Positions 7,006 to 11,251 of a DNA stretch of 11,251 nt are shown here, one piece after another. Source of the DNA: Candidatus Zixiibacteriota bacterium. Its GTDB lineage: Bacteria; Zixibacteria; MSB-5A5; UBA10806; 4484-95. The DNA is taken from positions 1-11,251 of the forward strand of contig JAOZPT010000068.1 of NCBI GenBank assembly GCA_029932605.1. Reading direction: 5' to 3'. Under the pieces are notes generated by a model, which did not search any database, was not told the DNA's origin, and saw only the letters and a list, made by a program, of their open reading frames with translations. How positions within the stretch are numbered: the first letter of the stretch is position 1; each line of letters opens with the position of its first letter. The position numbers were made by a program, and so were the translations under genes.

Positions 7006-8301
7006 TTAAATATACTTATGTTCCTTGGCAAACTTCTCCAATTCTTCTCTAAACTGCGGCGCCGCTACATTAATAAGAGCTTTTGCTCTCTCCCTTACAG
7101 TTTTGCCATATAAATTAACAGCACCGTATTCTGTTACTATCCAGTGGACATCGGCACGAGTAGTTGTTACTCCGGTACCGGTAGGTATATAAGGTACGAC
7201 TCGTGAAACAGTTCCTTTCTTAGCCGTAGCGGGGAACGCTATAAACGGTTTTCCCCCTCTGGATTTTGCCGCACCTCGGACGAAATCCACCTGTCCACCA
7301 AATCCGGAATAAAACATGAAGCCAAGTGAATCAGAAAAAACCTGGCCTGTTAAGTCGATTCCCAGAGCTGAGTTGATTGACACCATCTTATCATTCTGGG
7401 CAATGACGAAAGGGTCGTTGGTATATTTACATGGGTGAAACTCAAAGATAGGATTATCATCGCAAAACTCGAAAATCTTTCTTGTGCCAAGGGTAAATGC
7501 AGCCACTATCTTGCCGGGGTGAAGGGTTTTCTTGGAATTATTAATCACCCCGCTTTCCACCAATGAAATTATACCATCGGAGAACATCTCAGTATGAATG
7601 CCCATATCCTTTCGCCCCTCAAGAGCAAACAGGAAAGCGTCAGGGATAGCTCCGATACCCATCTGCAGTGTAGAACCATCCTCAATATTGTCAGCTATTA
7701 ACTTGCCAATCTTCATGGAGACCTCATCCGGTGTTCCCTGTGGCATCTCTAAAAGCGGGGCATCATGTTCAACTACGTGGGTCAACTTACTCACATGTAT
7801 AAAACAATCACCATGAACCCGTGGCATTTGAGGATTAACCTGAGCAATGACAGTCTTGGCGCAATGAGCAGCTGACATTGTGATGTCAACACCTACCCCA
7901 AATGAGCAAAACCCATGTTCATCTGGCGGGCTAACCTGAATAAGTACAACATCGATAGGAAGCTGACCTGATAACCATAAATTTTCTACCTCCCCAAGAA
8001 AGATATGAGTTTGGTCTGCGCGTCCTTCATTTACAGCCTGACGCACATTTTTTCCTATAAACAGAGACCTATGCCTGAAATGACCTTCCATACCCGGCTG
8101 GGCATAGGCAGCCTTTCCCTCAGTAAGAATATGAGTGACGGTTACATTTTCCAGCTCATCCTTACGTGCTACCATGGCATCAACAAGATACTCGGGGGTA
8201 CAGCAACCGGGATGAATATAAACTGTGTCGCCTGACTTTATCGACTTTGCCGCCTCCTCAGCAGTAGTTCTTTTACTATGATAAAAGTCAATCCACTTCA
8301 T
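7006..8301 (-). CDS. Acetyl-CoA hydrolase/transferase family (4-hydroxybutyrate CoA-transferase-like) family I CoA-transferase
   Basis: VSPPDEHGFCSFG, NPQMPR, TLQMGIGAIPDA, catalytic-Glu motif GIHTEMFSDG, SGFGGQVDFVRGA, VTTTRADVHWIVTEYG. The acyl substrate cannot be determined from motifs. Confidence 0.93.
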   Translation of the reverse strand: MKWIDFYHSKRTTAEEAAKSIKSGDTVYIHPGCCTPEYLVDAMVARKDELENVTVTHILTEGKAAYAQPGMEGHFRHRSLFIGKNVRQAVNEGRADQTHIFLGEVENLWLSGQLPIDVVLIQVSPPDEHGFCSFGVGVDITMSAAHCAKTVIAQVNPQMPRVHGDCFIHVSKLTHVVEHDAPLLEMPQGTPDEVSMKIGKLIADNIEDGSTLQMGIGAIPDAFLFALEGRKDMGIHTEMFSDGIISLVESGVINNSKKTLHPGKIVAAFTLGTRKIFEFCDDNPIFEFHPCKYTNDPFVIAQNDKMVSINSALGIDLTGQVFSDSLGFMFYSGFGGQVDFVRGAAKSRGGKPFIAFPATAKKGTVSRVVPYIPTGTGVTTTRADVHWIVTEYGAVNLYGKTVRERAKALINVAAPQFREELEKFAKEHKYI

Positions 8302-9431
8302 CTCGCACCCCCGGTTTTCAAAATATTCTTGAGCGATTTAGCCTTAATCCCCAGCTTGTTTGCTATCACCTGCTTAAGAAGTTCACCCTGATAGCTATAA
8401 AGTCCCTTCGCCAGCCCATAGTCACTCTGTATTGCCTTTTCAAACCCAACCTCGGCTATCAGGTAAACATACGGTAAAATAGAATTAGACAATGCATAGG
8501 TCGCTGTGCGGCTGATGTTTGACGGCATATTGGGGACACAAAAATGAATCACATTATGCTTAATAAACGTGGCATTAGCCCAGTTGGTTGGACGGGAGGT
8601 CTCAACACATCCCCCCTGGTCGATTGAGGCATCGATAATCACCGACCTGGGCTTCATAGACTTTACCATTTCCTCGGTGATCAACTTAGGCGGTTCCTCG
8701 CCATGAATCAAAATTGCTCCAACCAACACATCAGCAATCGGCACAGCCTTTTCGAGGTTATATTCAAAGGGTAAATATGTAACAAGCTGTCTGTTGAATA
8801 ACTCATTAGCGTGCCGGAGCTTATTTATATCGTTATCGAATAATATTACATTACAACCCAATCCCTTAACCGCTCTGACAGCATTCATTCCAAGTGTTCC
8901 TGCACCTACAACCAATACCGTTGCAGGTGGAACCCCGGCACCACCACCCAAAAGTATACCTCGACCACCACCGCTGTTGGACAGGTAGTAGCTTGCAATG
9001 CCTGCGCACATTTGGCCTGCCAGACCCGACATCGACACCACGACCGGCAAGCCACCATCATCATCTTCGATGATCTCATAACCAACAGCGGAAATCTTCC
9101 TCTCCAACAATAGCTTTACGCTTTCCTCAGGAGCCACTGCCAGATGGAACGCCGTTAACACTATCTGATCCGGTGGCATCATCTTGTATTCCTCAATGGT
9201 CGGTGGTGCAACCTTCAAAAGCAGCTTTGAACGCAGAAATATCTCCTCAGTTGAATAAACAAGTTTTGCACCTACCTCAAGGTAATTCTCATCGGTGAAA
9301 CCTGACCCTTCACCAGCACCCTGCTCCAGATAAACATTATGGCTGGCTTTAACAAGTGTCTTAACACCGGCAGGAGTAAGCGCCACCCTGTTCTCAAGAT
9401 GATGACCTTCCTTAGCTATCCCTATATCCAT
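8298..9431 (-). CDS. Alanine dehydrogenase-like protein (AlaDH/PNT family) with a divergent substrate site
   Basis: ENRVALTPAGV, GAGEGSGFTD, GGRGILLGG, Rossmann VVGAGTLG, IDASIDQGGCVETSRPT and CVPNMP are present. KVAPP replaces KVKEP, so the ald symbol is withheld. SD GAGGAG at 9443-9438. ATGA overlap with the CoA-transferase. Confidence 0.88.
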   Translation of the reverse strand: MDIGIAKEGHHLENRVALTPAGVKTLVKASHNVYLEQGAGEGSGFTDENYLEVGAKLVYSTEEIFLRSKLLLKVAPPTIEEYKMMPPDQIVLTAFHLAVAPEESVKLLLERKISAVGYEIIEDDDGGLPVVVSMSGLAGQMCAGIASYYLSNSGGGRGILLGGGAGVPPATVLVVGAGTLGMNAVRAVKGLGCNVILFDNDINKLRHANELFNRQLVTYLPFEYNLEKAVPIADVLVGAILIHGEEPPKLITEEMVKSMKPRSVIIDASIDQGGCVETSRPTNWANATFIKHNVIHFCVPNMPSNISRTATYALSNSILPYVYLIAEVGFEKAIQSDYGLAKGLYSYQGELLKQVIANKLGIKAKSLKNILKTGGAR

Positions 9432-9507
9432 AATTATCTCCTCTTTAAGTTGGCCTTATCAGTATATTAAATCAAATTATTATAAATATGCAATGAAATC
9501 AAGTATT

Positions 9508-9525
9508 ATGTGAAACAAATCACGA
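9508..9525. promoter_or_regulatory. Candidate Rex (or CRP-family) operator upstream of the Ald-like/CoA-transferase operon
   Basis: ATGTGAA-ACAA-ATCACGA matches TTGTGAA-N4-TTCACAA at 11/14 positions and TGTGA-N6-TCACA at 9/10. Lies about 77 nt upstream of the start codon, near a minus-strand TATAAT (9484-9479). Confidence 0.55.
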
Positions 9526-9651
9526 AATATTATTATCCCAAAGACAGATTTACTACAAAGAAAAGATTATGTATTTTTTCAATATCAAATTGAGATTTCA
9601 ATAGCACAGGCTCATGACTTACAATTCAGGAGAACTGCTATGCGCCTAACT

Positions 9652-10584
9652 CTACTTAAACCTTCGGGGGCTTCTCTTTTCCCATTCCACAATAACAGGG
9701 CTAGCCACAAACACCGATGAATAGGTGCCGACAAGTATGCCAAAGAATAGAGCCAATGAGAAATCCCGAAGAACCTCGCCACCAAATATCAAAAGCGAAA
9801 GTACTGCCAGCAAAGTAGTGCCGGTGGTTATAATGGTTCGGGAGAGAACCTCATTTATAGAAGCGTTAACGGTACCAGCAAAATCTCCCCGTTTGCGAAA
9901 CTGTTTCAAATTTTCTCGAATACGGTCATATACAACTACCGTATCAGTTAATGAATATCCCGCTAATGTCAACAAAGCAGTCATTAGAAGAAGGGATATC
10001 TCTTTGTGTAAAAGAAAATATATACCCAGTACTGCCAGAACATCATGAAATGTGGCAATAGTGGCTGCTACACCAAACCTGAAATCAAATCTTATCCATA
10101 TGTAAACAAGAATACCTAAAAGGGCAAAAATCACAGCCCAGCGCGCCTGCTCCTGAAGAGTTTTCCCGACTGCTCCACCGATATCATCAACACTGTCGAT
10201 ATGAAATTCGTTATCAGGGAAACGTTTTTTAATCCGGGAAGCTATGATATCAGTAAGAAGAGAATCCCCAATTATATCAGATTCCCCTTTGGTGCGGATT
10301 ATAAATGAATTGTGGGGAACTGTCTCACCGCTTACACTTTGAATATCGGCCCCACCGAATCCCTCAGCCGAAAGTGCTGATCTCAGGTCGTTCACCGAAA
10401 CGTATTCGTCAAAGTTGCCAAGTATCATAGCCCCACCTACAAAATCGATCCCCAAGTTAGCTTTTCCCAGAAGAATCAGAAAGAAAGCTGTCAGGCCTAC
10501 AAGTATTAGAATTCCGGAAAATATAAAAGAGAACTTCCGTTTGCCTATAAAATCAATTTTAGTATTTTTAATAATCTCTATCAT
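9652..10584 (-). CDS. secF: Protein translocase subunit SecF
   Basis: IDFIGKR, NLGIDFVGG, YIWIRFD, ATFHDVL, GYSLTDTVVVYDRIREN, SINEVLSRTIIT and GTYSSVFVASP. SD GGTGGAG at 10595-10589. Confidence 0.97.
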   Translation of the reverse strand: MIEIIKNTKIDFIGKRKFSFIFSGILILVGLTAFFLILLGKANLGIDFVGGAMILGNFDEYVSVNDLRSALSAEGFGGADIQSVSGETVPHNSFIIRTKGESDIIGDSLLTDIIASRIKKRFPDNEFHIDSVDDIGGAVGKTLQEQARWAVIFALLGILVYIWIRFDFRFGVAATIATFHDVLAVLGIYFLLHKEISLLLMTALLTLAGYSLTDTVVVYDRIRENLKQFRKRGDFAGTVNASINEVLSRTIITTGTTLLAVLSLLIFGGEVLRDFSLALFFGILVGTYSSVFVASPVIVEWEKRSPRRFK

Positions 10585-10597
10585 TGTACTCCACCAT

Positions 10598-11251
10598 CTA
10601 AATGCTTAGCGTCCTGTATTTTTTCCTCATATCGAAAATGACCTTGGTTATCAATAAGGCCGTGAAAAGCGAAAGCGTTACCCCGACCGACAAAGTCACG
10701 GCAAACCCTTTGATTGGGCCGGTGCCGAACATAAACAAAAACAGAGCCGTTATCAACGTTGTAACATGAGAATCGATAATCGTCAGCAATGCTCTGGAAT
10801 ATCCAGCATCAATAGCTGCCCGTATTGTCTTGCCCGTTTTCAATTCCTCCCTCACGCGCTCAAAAATAAGCACATTTGAATCCACAGAAATTCCCATGGT
10901 CAATATGATGCCGGCAATACCCGGCAGTGTTAAGGTGGCGTTGATTCCCGGGACAATCATAAAGGCAAATATAAAGAGGAAATTTAAAAGTAAAGCGAAA
11001 TCAGCTATCAAACCGGATAACCTATAGTAAAACAACATGAAACAAATCACTGCTAGTAATCCAATTATCACAGCTTTCTTGCCTTTGTTGATCGAATCCT
11101 GCCCTAGGGAGGGGCCAATTACTGAGTTCTGGATTATCTCTACCTTTGCTGGTAAAGCACCCGCTTTTAATACCACCGACAACAAGCGGGCATCATCCCA
11201 GCTGGCACCAGAACCGCCCAGCTCTATCTGGCCGGTTTTACGGATACGACT
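10598..11251 (-). CDS. secD: Protein translocase subunit SecD, C-terminal part (5'-truncated by the window)
   Basis: Frame is open to the window edge ([13 protein letters not shown]...[15 protein letters not shown]). Motifs [42 protein letters not shown] and [12 protein letters not shown]. Directly upstream of secF. Confidence 0.97.
   Translation of the reverse strand, partial: SRIRKTGQIELGGSGASWDDARLLSVVLKAGALPAKVEIIQNSVIGPSLGQDSINKGKKAVIIGLLAVICFMLFYYRLSGLIADFALLLNFLFIFAFMIVPGINATLTLPGIAGIILTMGISVDSNVLIFERVREELKTGKTIRAAIDAGYSRALLTIIDSHVTTLITALFLFMFGTGPIKGFAVTLSVGVTLSLFTALLITKVIFDMRKKYRTLSI

Noticed and set aside
8298..9431. Calling this gene canonical ald or transhydrogenase pntA
   Set aside because: It lacks the KVKEP lysine needed for a confident ald call. 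It has Ald-type GGRGILLGG and DQGGC motifs and no neighbouring membrane pntB, which argues against pntA.
9469..9535. Three imperfect AAATCA...ATTAT direct repeats upstream of the Ald-like gene (9469, 9496, 9517)
   Set aside because: Irregular spacing (27 and 21 nt) in very AT-rich DNA, and one copy is part of the palindrome already reported; not distinguishable from chance.
5532..11027. Short + strand ORFs opposite the HAD, HD, CoA-transferase, Ald-like, secF and secD genes, and the nested 6346-6531 ORF
   Set aside because: Shadows of conserved genes with atypical composition and no family signatures.
1..11251. CRISPR arrays, tRNA/rRNA genes, IS elements, prophage or defence genes, recoded stop codons
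   Set aside because: No regularly spaced repeats, cloverleaf-like sequence or transposase/integrase motifs were seen, and the TGA/TAG stops of recognised genes fall at expected protein ends.

Overview
Bacterial chromosomal window of moderate-to-low GC with two convergent gene blocks. The + block (1-5299) holds the 3' end of a DUF2232/YybS-like membrane protein, rplI, a DUF151 bifunctional-nuclease-family gene, and a tightly overlapping five-gene run: an exported TPR + periplasmic-binding-fold (LpoA/LppC-like) protein, a LarE-family sulfur insertase with the three-cysteine [4Fe-4S] motif, and three hypothetical proteins. The - block (11251-5462) holds partial secD, secF, an alanine-dehydrogenase-like gene overlapping a family I CoA-transferase, and a 64-aa ORF / HD hydrolase / HAD phosphatase trio. 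I see no mobile element, CRISPR array or structural RNA gene. The best lead is the Ald-like protein. It keeps the NAD-binding fold but has lost the substrate-binding Lys75 (KVKEP to KVAPP) and Phe94, overlaps the CoA-transferase by ATGA, and lies downstream of a Rex/CRP-like palindrome. This suggests an NAD(H)-sensing pseudoenzyme + CoA-transferase module. The second lead is a near-consensus sigma70 promoter whose predicted +1 falls on the ATG of the 64-aa ORF, implying a leaderless operon. All functional calls come from motif recognition by eye; no searches were run.
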